Position numbers and translations under genes: made by a program
Shown here: positions 49,270 to 59,787 of the stretch, piece by piece
How positions within the stretch are numbered: position 1 is the first letter of the stretch
How the letters are laid out: each line of letters opens with the position of its first letter
From: Myxococcota bacterium
GTDB lineage: Bacteria > Myxococcota_A > Polyangia > Nannocystales > Nannocystaceae
Reading direction: 5' to 3'
DNA: 64,000 nucleotides
NCBI GenBank assembly: GCA_039028615.1
Contig: JBCCHT010000019.1
Location: 152,267 to 216,266 of the forward strand
Notes under the pieces: model-generated
Told to the model about the DNA's origin: nothing
What the model saw: only the letters and a program-made list of their open reading frames with translations
Databases searched by the model: none

Positions 49270-50484
49270 ATGAGCGTCGCAATCGCACTGAGCCTGGCAC
49301 TGAGCTCCGGCATCGGAACCGAGGCCGAGCCCGACACCGCCGCCCAGCTCTTCACGGACAATGAGCCGCCCGCCGCGGCGGAGCCCATCCCTGCGCCCGC
49401 TGCCCGCCAACCCGACTCCTCCAAGCCACCGGCCCGCGTCCGCGCCTCCGCCACCGAGGGCTTCCGCCTCGAGTCCGCCGACGGTCGCTTTGGCTTCTCG
49501 CTGGGCATGCTGGGTCAGCTCGTGTTTTCCGTCGAGCAACAGCAACCCGACGGCCCGGCCGAGCCCCGCTTCGCGCTGCCCTGGGCGCGCCTGATGTTCC
49601 AAGGCAACCTGTGGGGCAACCGCGTCCATTGGCAGGTGCAGCCCGAGTTTTCCGGCAACACGCGGCTGCTCGATGCCCGGGCCATCGTCCGCATCCACCC
49701 CGCCTTCCAGATCCTCGCTGGCCAGTACCGGCCGTGGCTCAACCGGGGCTTTCGCATCAACCTGCCGCTGCTGGTCCTGCCCGACCGCGGCCCGGTGCAC
49801 GACACGTTCCGGGTCGACCGCGACATCGGGGTCACCGTCTTCGGTCGCCCCTTCGAAGGCCGGCTCGAGTACTACCTCGGCGTGATGAACGGCGAAGGCG
49901 TGTTCGGCCAGTTCGACGAACGCAACCCGCAGCCGCTGGTCACCGCCCGCGTGGTGGCAGCGCCGCTGGGTGCGGTCTCGTACTCGCAGACCATCGCGGC
50001 CGAGAGCGACGAGGACCTGCCCTTCCGCTTCGCGATCTCGGCCAATGCCGCCACCAACGAGGTGACGCAGGCCCAGACCACCACCGACCCCACCACGGGC
50101 GAGGTGATCCCCGCCCCCAGCATCGACGTGCGAACGGTCCACGCCGGGGGCGACGTGAAGCTCCAAGGCTGGCGCCTGGTGGCCGAGGGCGAAGGGTTCT
50201 GGCGGCGCGGAGAGACGGCCGCCGGGGTCCAGAGCGAGGCCTGGGGTGCCTACGGGCACCTGTCCATCGTCGCCGTACGACGTCGGCTGCTACCGGGCCT
50301 GCGCGCGGGCGTGATGCGAGCCGAAGGAGAGGCCGCCGCCCACATCCCCATCGAGCCGGGCATGGCGGTGTTCTTCGTGGGCAACCACGCCAAGCTGAGC
50401 CTGCGGTACCGCTGCGACCTCGATACGGCCGGACAGGGCTGCCTCAGCCAGGGCGGCGACATCGCGGCCCAGCTGTGGTTCTGA
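49270..50484 (+). CDS. Outer-membrane porin (OprO/OprP-like)
   Basis: GFRLESADGRF, ARLMFQG, LLDA, GQYR, DRDIGV, YYLGVMNGEG, C-terminal QLWF. Confidence 0.82.
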   Translation: MSVAIALSLALSSGIGTEAEPDTAAQLFTDNEPPAAAEPIPAPAARQPDSSKPPARVRASATEGFRLESADGRFGFSLGMLGQLVFSVEQQQPDGPAEPRFALPWARLMFQGNLWGNRVHWQVQPEFSGNTRLLDARAIVRIHPAFQILAGQYRPWLNRGFRINLPLLVLPDRGPVHDTFRVDRDIGVTVFGRPFEGRLEYYLGVMNGEGVFGQFDERNPQPLVTARVVAAPLGAVSYSQTIAAESDEDLPFRFAISANAATNEVTQAQTTTDPTTGEVIPAPSIDVRTVHAGGDVKLQGWRLVAEGEGFWRRGETAAGVQSEAWGAYGHLSIVAVRRRLLPGLRAGVMRAEGEAAAHIPIEPGMAVFFVGNHAKLSLRYRCDLDTAGQGCLSQGGDIAAQLWF

Positions 50485-50548
50485 ACGCCGCGGGCTGAAA
50501 TCAGCGGTGCCGGGCGGACGATCGACCGCGCGGGCACCCGAGAGTTTT

Positions 50549-51349
50549 TTAGAGTCCGGCGAGCGACTCGCCGGTCGACCGCTGCGGGGGCGGAGGCGGT
50601 GCGGCTCGACGCGCGCCCGAGCCCTCGGCATCGCCGTCGCCCACCACTCGCAGGGGCAAGGGCTCGAGGTCGTCGTCGTCGAGCTCTGCCAGCTCGAGCT
50701 CGTCGACCTCGTCGATCGCTTCTTCTTCCTCGGGCGGTTTGATGTCGGCGAGCGCCTTCACCTGCGTGTCGCGCTCGGGCTCTTCGTCGTCGTCTTCGAT
50801 CGGAGCCTGAGCCTGAACGGGAGCTTGAACCTGACGCGCCTGCGCCGGAGGTTGCTCGACCGCGGGGGTCTCGGGCTGGGGGCTGGCGGCCGCAGGTGCC
50901 GGGGGCAGAGCATCCAGCTCTTCGGCGATCTCCCGACGCATGGCCGCGATGTCGGCCAGCTCGCGCTCGAGCGTCTTGCCCGCGCGCTCCGCCTTGCGAT
51001 GGCTGTCGATGACGTCCTCGCGGGCCTGCTTCGCGCCATCGATGTCGCGCTGCAGCATCTCCTCCTGCTCTTTGAGGCCCTCGCGCTCGGCTTGGAGCTC
51101 GAGCAGCTTCACCCACAGAGCAGCTTTCTTCGACTCGAGCTCCGCCTTGCGGACCTCTTGCCGACATTCCTTCTCTTCGACCCGAGCAAGGTTGGATTCG
51201 AGAGCTTCGAGCACCTCGTCGTTGCTCAGGACTTCGCGCTCGAGGCCCGAGAGCCTCTCATCGAGAGCGTCGAGCCGTGCATTGAGTGTTTCCCGCTTGG
51301 CTTCCGTTTGATCCCGTTGAGCGCTGTGATCGTCGAGCACGTCCGTCAC
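50549..51349 (-). CDS. Hypothetical coiled-coil protein with acidic tail (start uncertain)
   Basis: Heptad-like E/L/K/R-rich N-terminal half; GGAGAGG purine tract near the GTG candidates. Confidence 0.65.
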   Translation of the reverse strand: MTDVLDDHSAQRDQTEAKRETLNARLDALDERLSGLEREVLSNDEVLEALESNLARVEEKECRQEVRKAELESKKAALWVKLLELQAEREGLKEQEEMLQRDIDGAKQAREDVIDSHRKAERAGKTLERELADIAAMRREIAEELDALPPAPAAASPQPETPAVEQPPAQARQVQAPVQAQAPIEDDDEEPERDTQVKALADIKPPEEEEAIDEVDELELAELDDDDLEPLPLRVVGDGDAEGSGARRAAPPPPPQRSTGESLAGL

Positions 51350-51734
51350 CTCTCCCCATCCTACCGCTGCACAGTGTAGTGGCGGGTGCGCACGCGGATT
51401 GGTGAAAAAAACTGCAAAAGCAGGCTCCATTTTTGTCGTTCCGAGACAGGCTGGATTGACCTCGAATTGCCGTCAGGGATGCCCCGAGGGCCCCAAAGCG
51501 GCCCGTGCTGGGACGAATCGTCCCAACCGACCCCGAGAACCGACAATCGAGTGGCAGATCGATGTGCCGATAGAGTCAGCGACCCAACACTCGACGCATT
51601 GACGATTGGCTCCTGAATTCCGCCGATTTTGGGCAAGCGTCAGTAGCGCTTCCGTTCGAAGGTCGACGATGCGAGCTGACGCGTGGCGACCAACCTTCCG
51701 CGACCCGTCCGGCTTTGGCATCGTTCGCGCCACC

Positions 51735-52046
51735 ATGGCGGCCGACGAAAAGACGATGTTCGAGATCTTCCAGGAGACGGACTACAACCGTTCGTTCCAC
51801 GCCATTTTTTATACGGACCTCGACGAGCACGTACGCGAGAACGAGATCGCCAAGGCCGCTGCCGGAGAGACCGTGTTCTCGGGCTTCGTCGCCGACGAGA
51901 GCAAGGAGAGCGCGCGCGAGGAGATCGAGCGCATCGTCGACGAGCTCAACGACATGGACGAAGAAGAAGCCGGCATGCCCAAGCTGGAGATCGAGCGACG
52001 CCTCGCAGCGTTCCTCGTGCCTGGCCCGGGCGAAGCCCAGCACTGA
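51735..52046 (+). CDS. Small acidic hypothetical protein
   Basis: Typical GC3-biased codons; FEIFQE...FYTDLDE. Confidence 0.7.
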   Translation: MAADEKTMFEIFQETDYNRSFHAIFYTDLDEHVRENEIAKAAAGETVFSGFVADESKESAREEIERIVDELNDMDEEEAGMPKLEIERRLAAFLVPGPGEAQH

Positions 52047-52061
52047 GTGCGGCGGCCTTCG

Positions 52062-52865
52062 CTACTTGAACAGACCGCGCAAGAAGAAGGCCATCAGCTC
52101 GTCGGCCAGCATCGTGGGGTCTTGGAACGACTCGCGGGGGCCGGGCGGCAGCTCGCCCGCATCGGCCATGAGCATGCGACTGAGGGTCTCTCGCAGGCCG
52201 CCGAGCGACGCGGCCGCGACGATGTGAATGTCGCATGCGCGCAGCAGGCCGAGCGATTGGCCCACGCGCAGCGCGTCCTGGACCATCTGCAGGACTTGTT
52301 CGAAGAACTCTTCGACCTTGGAGCCCGACTCTTCGTCGAAGCCGATGGGGTGCCGCAAGATGATCGTGGCCACGTCGTCGCGGGCCAAGACCGTGGTCAC
52401 GACGCGCCGGAAGTTGGCGTGCAACTGATCGAGCGGCTCGGGTGAGCCGGGGGCCAGCGAGATGCGCCGCACCTGCCCGCGGAGGGCCTGCAGGAAGTCG
52501 GCGACCAGCTCACCGAACAGCTCCTGCTTGCTGTTGAAGTACAGGTAGAAGGTGCCGCGAGCGATCCGGGCTTCATCGATGATGTCGTGCACCGACGCCT
52601 GGTGATAGCCCTTCTCGCGAAAGACTCGCATCGCCGCTTCGAGGATCGCTTGCCGACGCTCGATGCGGCGTCGCTCCGCCCGAGCCGCGCGACCGTCGAC
52701 GGCCCCGCGGGGCGCGGGGGACTCTTCGGCACCGCTGGTCTCGCTCGGTTCGGCGACCGGTTCGGCGGCCTTCGTGGACGGGTCTGACGTCGGCTCGGAC
52801 GAGGGCGGGGAGTCGCGATCGGGCACGGGCGCCGCGAGTGTACCTGCTCGTCGGGCACCCGGCAT
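52062..52865 (-). CDS. TetR/AcrR family transcriptional regulator (start uncertain)
   Basis: ILEAAMRVFREKGYHQASVHDIIDEARIARGTFYLYFNSKQELF. Confidence 0.93.
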   Translation of the reverse strand: MPGARRAGTLAAPVPDRDSPPSSEPTSDPSTKAAEPVAEPSETSGAEESPAPRGAVDGRAARAERRRIERRQAILEAAMRVFREKGYHQASVHDIIDEARIARGTFYLYFNSKQELFGELVADFLQALRGQVRRISLAPGSPEPLDQLHANFRRVVTTVLARDDVATIILRHPIGFDEESGSKVEEFFEQVLQMVQDALRVGQSLGLLRACDIHIVAAASLGGLRETLSRMLMADAGELPPGPRESFQDPTMLADELMAFFLRGLFK

Positions 52866-52956
52866 CGCGCGCGTGATCGCGACCGGAGGTTTTGTGGGTC
52901 CCCGTCGTGATCCGGTGCGGAGTCCTCGGGAACCTGATTCAGCGAACGAGGAATTC

Positions 52957-54783
52957 ATGATGAAGACCCACACTCCGCTCGGCCGCCGTGCGCTGGTCGC
53001 TCTGTGCTACGGAGCGGCCCTCGGCTGCGCGCCCGAGGCCGCCATCGAATCCGAGCCCGAGCGCGAACAGACGCGCGAAGAGGGCCGAGATCTGCCTGCC
53101 CATGCCCTCGCAGCCGAATCGGCCCCGCCGTCGATTTCGTTGCAACCGGGTTGCACGACCGCGTCGTGCTGCCCCGCCGGCATGCCCGTGCTCCAGGGCA
53201 CCAGTGCCGACGACGCGCTGGCGGGTGGTGGTTCTTCGCAGTGCCTGGTCGGGCTGGGCGGCAACGACACGGTGTCGATGGGCACCGCGGGTGACTTCGT
53301 CGTCGCGGGGGACGGCGACGACACGGTGTCGGGGGGCACCGGTCAAGACGTCGTGCACGGCGGCCCCGGGAGCGACACGCTCTTTGGCGGCAGCCAGGCC
53401 GACACGCTCTTTGGAGACGAGGGCGACGACTCGCTGACCGGCAACGGCGGCGCAGACTCGCTCCACGGGGGAGAGGGAAGCGACGTGCTCTCGGGGAAGG
53501 GGGGCGCGGACACGCTCTCGGGTGGCCCCGGCGACGACCGGTTGGTGGGCGGCGGGGGGGCCGACCACCTGACCGGCGGCGCCGGGGTCGACACGATCCT
53601 CGGCGGCAACGGCAACGACGTGATCGTGATCGGGGCGCCCTGCGAGGCGGGCCGCGGCGAGTTCATCGATGGCGGTTCAGGCACCGACACCATTCGAAGC
53701 CCGCTGACCTCGACCGAGCTCGACGCCCTCGGGGTGCGGGTGAGCAACGTCGAGAACTTCGAGCTGATTGCGCTCTCCACCGAGCAGTGCGTGGACACCA
53801 ACGACCTGTTCGGTGCGACGCTGGTGCCCACGAGCGACACGCTCTTCGGGCAGGTCGTGTTCAGCGACACCGCGGGCCTGCTCGCGACCACGTCGGGGTC
53901 GATCGAGGCGATTTCCGCGACCGGGTCCACGCTGGCGGTCGAGACCGCGCCCACGCGTAGCCTCGATCCCCTGGGCACCGGCTTCGTCGTAGGTGACGGC
54001 TCGAGCCTGACCGCCTTCGATGCCAACGGCACCTTGCGCTTCGAGTTCCGGGCTAGCCGCGACGACAACTATGCCCAGGTCTTCCCCGGCGGCGATCACA
54101 TGTACGTGGGGCTCATCGAGCGCACGCACGAGGTCGCGTTCGTGGAGGGCTTCGAGATCTTCGACGACACGGGTGAGCTGCGCTCCTCGGTCACCACTCC
54201 GGGGCTGGAGGTCACCCAGCTCGGAGAGGACTACGTCCTGTTCACCGACGACACCCACCTGCGGAAATTCGACCTCGATGGCGTCGAGCAGTGGGCCACG
54301 CCCGCATCGCTGCGGACCTTTGCCGCCACGACCTCGGGGCCGACCCGCGTGGTGGGCATCGAGCGGGAGACCGGCACGACCCTGCATCACTACGAGGAGT
54401 CGACCTTGGTCGGCACGAGCCAGGTCCCGGGCGGCGTCTGGAACCTGGCCATGGCCCCGGGCGGGCACTACTCCGCCGCAAACACGGCGGATGCCCTGTA
54501 CGTCTTCCACGACGGGCAGACCCACGCGACCCGCGGCTTGCCGCTCGCCTACGGCAAGGCCCTGAGCATCAACGACCTGGGCGAGGTGCTCGTCTCGGGC
54601 AACGACGACGACGGCTTTGGTCAGGTGCTGCTCATCGGACCGGCCGGCAACATCCTGTGGCAGCAATCGCTGGCGGTGGACCGCAGCGCGTGGCGACCGG
54701 CGGCCGCCTTCGACTCCACGGGGGACAACTTCACCGTCAACACTTCCGCGGGGCTCAACGGCTACGCGATCGTCAGGAACTGA
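52957..54783 (+). CDS. Lipoprotein with RTX-type Ca-binding nonapeptide repeats and C-terminal propeller-like domain
   Basis: GAGG RBS; ALGC lipobox; more than ten GGxGxDxL repeats. Confidence 0.85.
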   Translation: MMKTHTPLGRRALVALCYGAALGCAPEAAIESEPEREQTREEGRDLPAHALAAESAPPSISLQPGCTTASCCPAGMPVLQGTSADDALAGGGSSQCLVGLGGNDTVSMGTAGDFVVAGDGDDTVSGGTGQDVVHGGPGSDTLFGGSQADTLFGDEGDDSLTGNGGADSLHGGEGSDVLSGKGGADTLSGGPGDDRLVGGGGADHLTGGAGVDTILGGNGNDVIVIGAPCEAGRGEFIDGGSGTDTIRSPLTSTELDALGVRVSNVENFELIALSTEQCVDTNDLFGATLVPTSDTLFGQVVFSDTAGLLATTSGSIEAISATGSTLAVETAPTRSLDPLGTGFVVGDGSSLTAFDANGTLRFEFRASRDDNYAQVFPGGDHMYVGLIERTHEVAFVEGFEIFDDTGELRSSVTTPGLEVTQLGEDYVLFTDDTHLRKFDLDGVEQWATPASLRTFAATTSGPTRVVGIERETGTTLHHYEESTLVGTSQVPGGVWNLAMAPGGHYSAANTADALYVFHDGQTHATRGLPLAYGKALSINDLGEVLVSGNDDDGFGQVLLIGPAGNILWQQSLAVDRSAWRPAAAFDSTGDNFTVNTSAGLNGYAIVRN

Positions 54784-54787
54784 GCCC

Positions 54788-57088
54788 ATGCGTACCTCCA
54801 ACCGTCTACTGAGCGGCTCGAGCATCCTCGGGCTGTCCCTGCTCGCGACCGCCACGGCCCGCCCGGCCGAGGCCGCCTGCCCTCCTCCTCCCGACCTGCC
54901 CTGCGAGCTGCAAGTCCCGCCGGGGCCGGCGCCCGATGCCTCGCCGCTGGCCGACGATGCGCTGTCGACCTGGCCGGTTCATGCCCGAGACGAGAACGTC
55001 GACGACTGCCAGGGCCCGCCGATCACCGCCATCTGGAACAGCTTCGGTGAGTATCAGGACCACGTCCCCGACTACGGGCATACCGGGATCGACATTCGCT
55101 CCAATCCCGCGGGGGGTGGTGACCTCGTCGTGGCCGCGGCGGATGCCGACATCTGGGCGGTCGCCACCTTCAACCAGGACGTGTGCACGCACGGCTACGC
55201 CTGCCGCATCTACGCCAAGAGCTTTCCGTCGCAGGACCACATCTACTACTACGCCCACCTGCGGCTCGATGAGACCTCGCCGGTCGACGTCTCGACGCGG
55301 GACGCCATCATCGAGGCCCTGAGCAACAACGTGAGCGCCGACGTGGTGCCGGGGAGTCGACCGCTGTGCGAAGGCCGAACCCTCGCCCAGATCGGCCCCT
55401 TCGTCCATGACCGCTCGCACCTGCACTTTTCGATCTTCGACGTCGCCGACAACTACAACGGCGTCAACCCGATCACCGTCATCGACGAGCCCTTCGTCGA
55501 CGACCAGGCGCCCCTCATCGAGGAGTTCGCGTTCGCCACCTGCACCGAGGCCGCCAACACCAGCTGTCAGGCCCTCGACGTCACCGAAGGCTGCAACTTC
55601 GGCAACGACCCCCTGACCGGCACGGTGGATCTCGTCGTGCGCACGCGCGACACCCTCAACGAGGAGCCCGACGGCATCCTGGCCGGCGGCACGGAGTCGG
55701 TCGGCGTTCATCGAGCGGCCTACCGGGTGCGTCGCATGCCCGACGGCAACGAAAACGACGGCACGCTCTTCGGCGGGACTTGGTACGAGTTCGATCGCCT
55801 GCCCTTCGAGTGCCGGGGCGAGGACGTCTCGGGGTGCACGGACGACCCCGATCACGCCGCCGACATCGACCAGGACGACTTCCTCGACCTGGTCGACTAT
55901 CCCTTCACCGGCCCCGAGCTGGGCATCACCTTCTTCGGCTACTTCTTCTCGGTCGCGGGCGCCTTCAATTCCGTCAGCGACTTCGAGCCGGGCGACGTCG
56001 AGGCCCACTACAACATCCCCAATCGCCAGTGGGGCCTGTCGGGCTCGTGGGACACCACCCAGAGCCCCGATGGCCTGTACCAGGTCAGCGTCTACGTGTG
56101 GGACGAGGCGGGGAACTACGACTGGGAAGACCACTACGTCGTCGTCAAGAACGACCCCGGGCCGCTGCCGGCCACGGCCGACGTCATGCTCCGCGACCAC
56201 GTCGAGGACACGGGGGCCTCGCCCTCCAACCCCAACGGGGAGAAGCACTGGCGGAGCACGGACATCAAGGTGGTCAGCGCGGGCTCCGACGTGCCCCCTG
56301 CCAACGACGCCTGGTGGGACGACTGGGGCCCCGTGGACCTGAACGCGGGCTCCGACTACGAGGTCTACCTGCGGGTGCGCAACCTCGGCTGCGAGAACGC
56401 CACCAACGTGTCGGGCCAGGTCGCCTTCGCCACGCCCAGCATGTGGAACGACGAGTGGGAGGAGATCGGTCCTCCGGGCGGCGTGGACTTGGGCATGGCG
56501 CTCGGCTCCGGCCAAGCCGCGGTGCTCGGTCCCTTCCCGTGGACGCCGGGAGCCGCCGACGCGGGGCACAAGTGCATCAAGGCCGTGCTCGATGCCGACG
56601 GTGACCCGGCGCAGGCTTCACTGGGTGAGATCGCCGCCGGACATGTGCAGTCCGACAACAACATCGGGCAGCTCAACGTGAAGATCTTCAACGAGCAACC
56701 GGACATGGGCTTCGGCTTCGCCAACCCCACGACCCTCACGCAACCCATCGCGCTCGAGGTGGACGCCAGCGGCTTCCCCCTCGCCGAGTCGGGCTCACTG
56801 GTCCGCCTGCAGGTCGACTACCACCCCGCGCTGGCGGCCGCCTGGGCGGGGGTCGACGGCACCACGCTCGTCGACGACGGCACCACGCTGACCCTGGACT
56901 TCCACCAGGCCCGGGTCACGATGCCACCGGCCTCGGTGCCGGCCGCGACGTACCTCGACGCCAACGCCACGCTCATCTTGCCCGCGGGCATCGACATCGG
57001 GATCTACGACGTCGACTTCTTCGAGACGGTCGACGGGGTGGTCGCGGGCGGCATGACCGTCACCGCCCACAACATCGTGCCGCAGTAG
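54788..57088 (+). CDS. Secreted M23-family metallopeptidase-domain protein with Ig/CARDB-like C-terminal region
   Basis: Signal peptide ending AEA; HTGID (HxxxD), YYYAHL, HLHF (HxH). Confidence 0.8.
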   Translation: MRTSNRLLSGSSILGLSLLATATARPAEAACPPPPDLPCELQVPPGPAPDASPLADDALSTWPVHARDENVDDCQGPPITAIWNSFGEYQDHVPDYGHTGIDIRSNPAGGGDLVVAAADADIWAVATFNQDVCTHGYACRIYAKSFPSQDHIYYYAHLRLDETSPVDVSTRDAIIEALSNNVSADVVPGSRPLCEGRTLAQIGPFVHDRSHLHFSIFDVADNYNGVNPITVIDEPFVDDQAPLIEEFAFATCTEAANTSCQALDVTEGCNFGNDPLTGTVDLVVRTRDTLNEEPDGILAGGTESVGVHRAAYRVRRMPDGNENDGTLFGGTWYEFDRLPFECRGEDVSGCTDDPDHAADIDQDDFLDLVDYPFTGPELGITFFGYFFSVAGAFNSVSDFEPGDVEAHYNIPNRQWGLSGSWDTTQSPDGLYQVSVYVWDEAGNYDWEDHYVVVKNDPGPLPATADVMLRDHVEDTGASPSNPNGEKHWRSTDIKVVSAGSDVPPANDAWWDDWGPVDLNAGSDYEVYLRVRNLGCENATNVSGQVAFATPSMWNDEWEEIGPPGGVDLGMALGSGQAAVLGPFPWTPGAADAGHKCIKAVLDADGDPAQASLGEIAAGHVQSDNNIGQLNVKIFNEQPDMGFGFANPTTLTQPIALEVDASGFPLAESGSLVRLQVDYHPALAAAWAGVDGTTLVDDGTTLTLDFHQARVTMPPASVPAATYLDANATLILPAGIDIGIYDVDFFETVDGVVAGGMTVTAHNIVPQ

Positions 57089-57096
57089 TCGTAAAC

Positions 57097-57126
57097 GACG
57101 CCGCGGACCGAGAGGCCCGCGGCGTC
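57097..57126. terminator. Hairpin between convergent genes
   Basis: GACGCCGCGG / CCGCGGCGTC 10-bp stem capped by CC-GAGA-GG. Confidence 0.55.
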
Positions 57127-57149
57127 AGTCGTACGCATCGACCCCGGGG

Positions 57150-58127
57150 TCAGCAGCCGACCGCTTCGCAGCTGCCTCCGGGGTTTTGCACGGGAGGCGC
57201 GGTCGCGGCGGCCCCTGAGCACTGCGCCACGCAGGAGCCGACGCCGCAGTTCTGGGTCGCGTTGTTGCACATCTCGAAGGCGTTGCCGCAGGTCAGCCCG
57301 CAGGTGCCTCCGCCGCACTCGAGGTTCAAGTCGCGACACGCCCCGGTCGAAGTCTGGCAGTCGACGTTGCACGCGTGCTGCCCTCCCGGGCAGTTCACCG
57401 TCATGTTGAAGCACGCCTCGAACTGCGTGCAGGTCACCGAGCAGGGCGCGTCGGCGGGGCAGTTGATCACCGAGTTGCGACACGAATCGGTCGACGTACA
57501 GGTGATGTCGCAGGAGTTACCGGGCGGGCAGTTGATGGTCGCGCCCATGCAGCTCTGGAAGCCGGAGCACTGCGCTTCGCAGTTGCGATCGACGGCACAG
57601 TCGATCGTCTGCCCCTGGCACTCCTGACTCATGTTGCACTGCGCCGCACAAGCGCCGCCGATGTCGGCCAGCATGCCGCAGGCCCCCGCGCCATCGGGCG
57701 GAACCGGCAGATTCGGCATGCAGTCGGCGAACCCGGTGTCGGTCGAGCCGAGTCCACCGTCCTCGCTCGACTCCCCGCCTTCCATCATGCCGGGACCGGT
57801 CGACGTCTCTCCCCCCGCACCCATGGTCGTGCCGCCCGGACCCGAGTCCCCGGTATCGCCCGAGTCCATGGCGTTCGTCGTCGCCGGGCCGGTCGTCTGC
57901 GTGGTGTTCGTGGTCTGAGTCGTGTTGGTGGTGTTCGTCGTTCCGTTGCTCGTGCCCGGCGAGCTGTCGAGCGAGTCGTTCCCGTCGGACCCCGAGCTCG
58001 TCGAGGTCTGAGGCGACGGCGGCATCTCGTTACCCGAGTCGACAAAAGGGTTGAAATCCTCTGCGCCGCCGCCACACCCAGCGAGCAGCAACAACGCCCC
58101 CAATAACCTCGATCCCACCCCTTGCAT
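57150..58127 (-). CDS. Cys-rich lipoprotein with Thr-rich linker
   Basis: LAGC lipobox; repeated C-x-x-x-C...C-x3-T/V-I/V-N-C-P units. Confidence 0.8.
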   Translation of the reverse strand: MQGVGSRLLGALLLLAGCGGGAEDFNPFVDSGNEMPPSPQTSTSSGSDGNDSLDSSPGTSNGTTNTTNTTQTTNTTQTTGPATTNAMDSGDTGDSGPGGTTMGAGGETSTGPGMMEGGESSEDGGLGSTDTGFADCMPNLPVPPDGAGACGMLADIGGACAAQCNMSQECQGQTIDCAVDRNCEAQCSGFQSCMGATINCPPGNSCDITCTSTDSCRNSVINCPADAPCSVTCTQFEACFNMTVNCPGGQHACNVDCQTSTGACRDLNLECGGGTCGLTCGNAFEMCNNATQNCGVGSCVAQCSGAAATAPPVQNPGGSCEAVGC

Positions 58128-58276
58128 CGAAACTACCGTAACGGGAACGTGCCACCGGGCTCAAGCACGAGAATGCGGCGATCGACCGACGAATGAGCGG
58201 AACAGATTGTTCCGTCCGAGGCCAAGAAGAATCGGTCATCGATTGGAGAGATTTTCGACGACCCGCTTTGGACCGC

Positions 58277-59719
58277 TCAGATGCTGCAGTCCGGCTCGTA
58301 GTCGGGGGTGGCCCAGCGGATGGCCTCGGGAACGTCGGCCACGGGCTTGCTCGTGCCCGGCGGATAGCGAAGCACCACGCCTTCGGTGTCGAAGTACACC
58401 GATCCATCGGGTCCCAGCCCGGCCCCCGCGTGGGCCGGGGCCTGCGACAGGCGGGTCAGCTCTCCGCGGTCGAGGTCGAGTCGATCGAGCACGTGCTCGG
58501 CAAAGCCCTCCCCGTCTCCACAGCCCACGTCGTCGGTCAGGATCATCAGCCAGCGTCCGTCGGGGCTGCGCTCGACTGTGGTGTGCCCGAACTCGTGCCC
58601 TTCGCCGAGCTTCCACGACTCGCGCTGCCCGGCCACGCGAAGCGTTCGGCCCGTGATGGACACCCCGGCGGGCGGGGGTCGATCCACCCACATACCGCCC
58701 CGATCGACGACGATGTGGGCCCGGTCGGGGTCGATCGGCTTCGCCTCCACCCGGACGCCATCGGCGTCCACCGCCAGGCTGCGCGTGTCGGCGGGGTTGT
58801 ACATGAGCTCGTCGAGGGTGACGCGGGCCCCGTCCCCCTCGAGCGCGGCCCGAACCGCGCTGCGCAGCTCGTCGGTCTGAGGTCGAACGTCGACGTTGCG
58901 CGCGTGCACCAAGGGTCGCCCCGACGCGTCGAGCGGGAACACGTCGACGTCGAGGCGTCGCGCCTGCACCACCCACATGTCCTGCATCTTCAGGTCGCCC
59001 GCCAAGACCAGCACTCGACCGGCCTCGCGATCGACCAGCCCGCCCAAGGCCCCACGCACCCGGGGCGTGATCGGCACGAAGCGCCGGGTCTGGGGATCGA
59101 ACACGCCCAGGCGAAGGTCTCGATGGGGCGCGCGTAGCTGGTGGTCTTCGTCGCGCAAGGGACGGGGCCGGTAGGTCATCGCCAGGATTCCGCGCGCGAT
59201 CGCGTCGGCGTACGCGGCCTGGATCTGCGGTAGGCGAGCGGCGAGCCGACGTCCGGCCTCCGACTCGCGGATCGCCGCGAGATCTTCATCGTCGTGCCAG
59301 CGCGGCAAGAAGGTGGGCAGGTCGGAGCGGAGCAAGATCTCGAGCTCGGAGACGACCGGCTCTCCGTTGCCCAGCCGCGCCCGCGCACATGCTCGGTTGT
59401 ATCGAGCCCACGCATGGTCGGGCTGCAGCTGCAGCGCCCGGTCGAAGCCGGCCAGCGCCTCGGCATAGCGACCGGCCCGATGATGCGCCAGCGCCTGACG
59501 GTTCGCACGAGACGCTTCCGCCCGAGGCCGAGCAGGGATCGAGTCCCAGCCCACCACCGAAGACGCATCGTCGGGCTCGGCCGTGGACGGTGCCGTCGAC
59601 GTCGGCGGCGTCGCTTGGGCGACCGGCGTCCGTTTGCGATCGCGATCCCGGGGGTCGGGCGTCGAGCACGAGCCACCGACGATGGCGACGAGCACGGCGA
59701 CGATGACCCGGGGGTGCAT
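58277..59719 (-). CDS. TPR-containing lipoprotein
   Basis: GGSC lipobox; GRYAEALAGFDRALQLQPDHAWARYNRACA TPR. Confidence 0.78.
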   Translation of the reverse strand: MHPRVIVAVLVAIVGGSCSTPDPRDRDRKRTPVAQATPPTSTAPSTAEPDDASSVVGWDSIPARPRAEASRANRQALAHHRAGRYAEALAGFDRALQLQPDHAWARYNRACARARLGNGEPVVSELEILLRSDLPTFLPRWHDDEDLAAIRESEAGRRLAARLPQIQAAYADAIARGILAMTYRPRPLRDEDHQLRAPHRDLRLGVFDPQTRRFVPITPRVRGALGGLVDREAGRVLVLAGDLKMQDMWVVQARRLDVDVFPLDASGRPLVHARNVDVRPQTDELRSAVRAALEGDGARVTLDELMYNPADTRSLAVDADGVRVEAKPIDPDRAHIVVDRGGMWVDRPPPAGVSITGRTLRVAGQRESWKLGEGHEFGHTTVERSPDGRWLMILTDDVGCGDGEGFAEHVLDRLDLDRGELTRLSQAPAHAGAGLGPDGSVYFDTEGVVLRYPPGTSKPVADVPEAIRWATPDYEPDCSI

Positions 59720-59787
59720 GGCCGCGTCACAGTAGCAACTGCGCCATGGCGGCCCCAACGGCGGCGGGACCTACGACCCGTCGAGAG

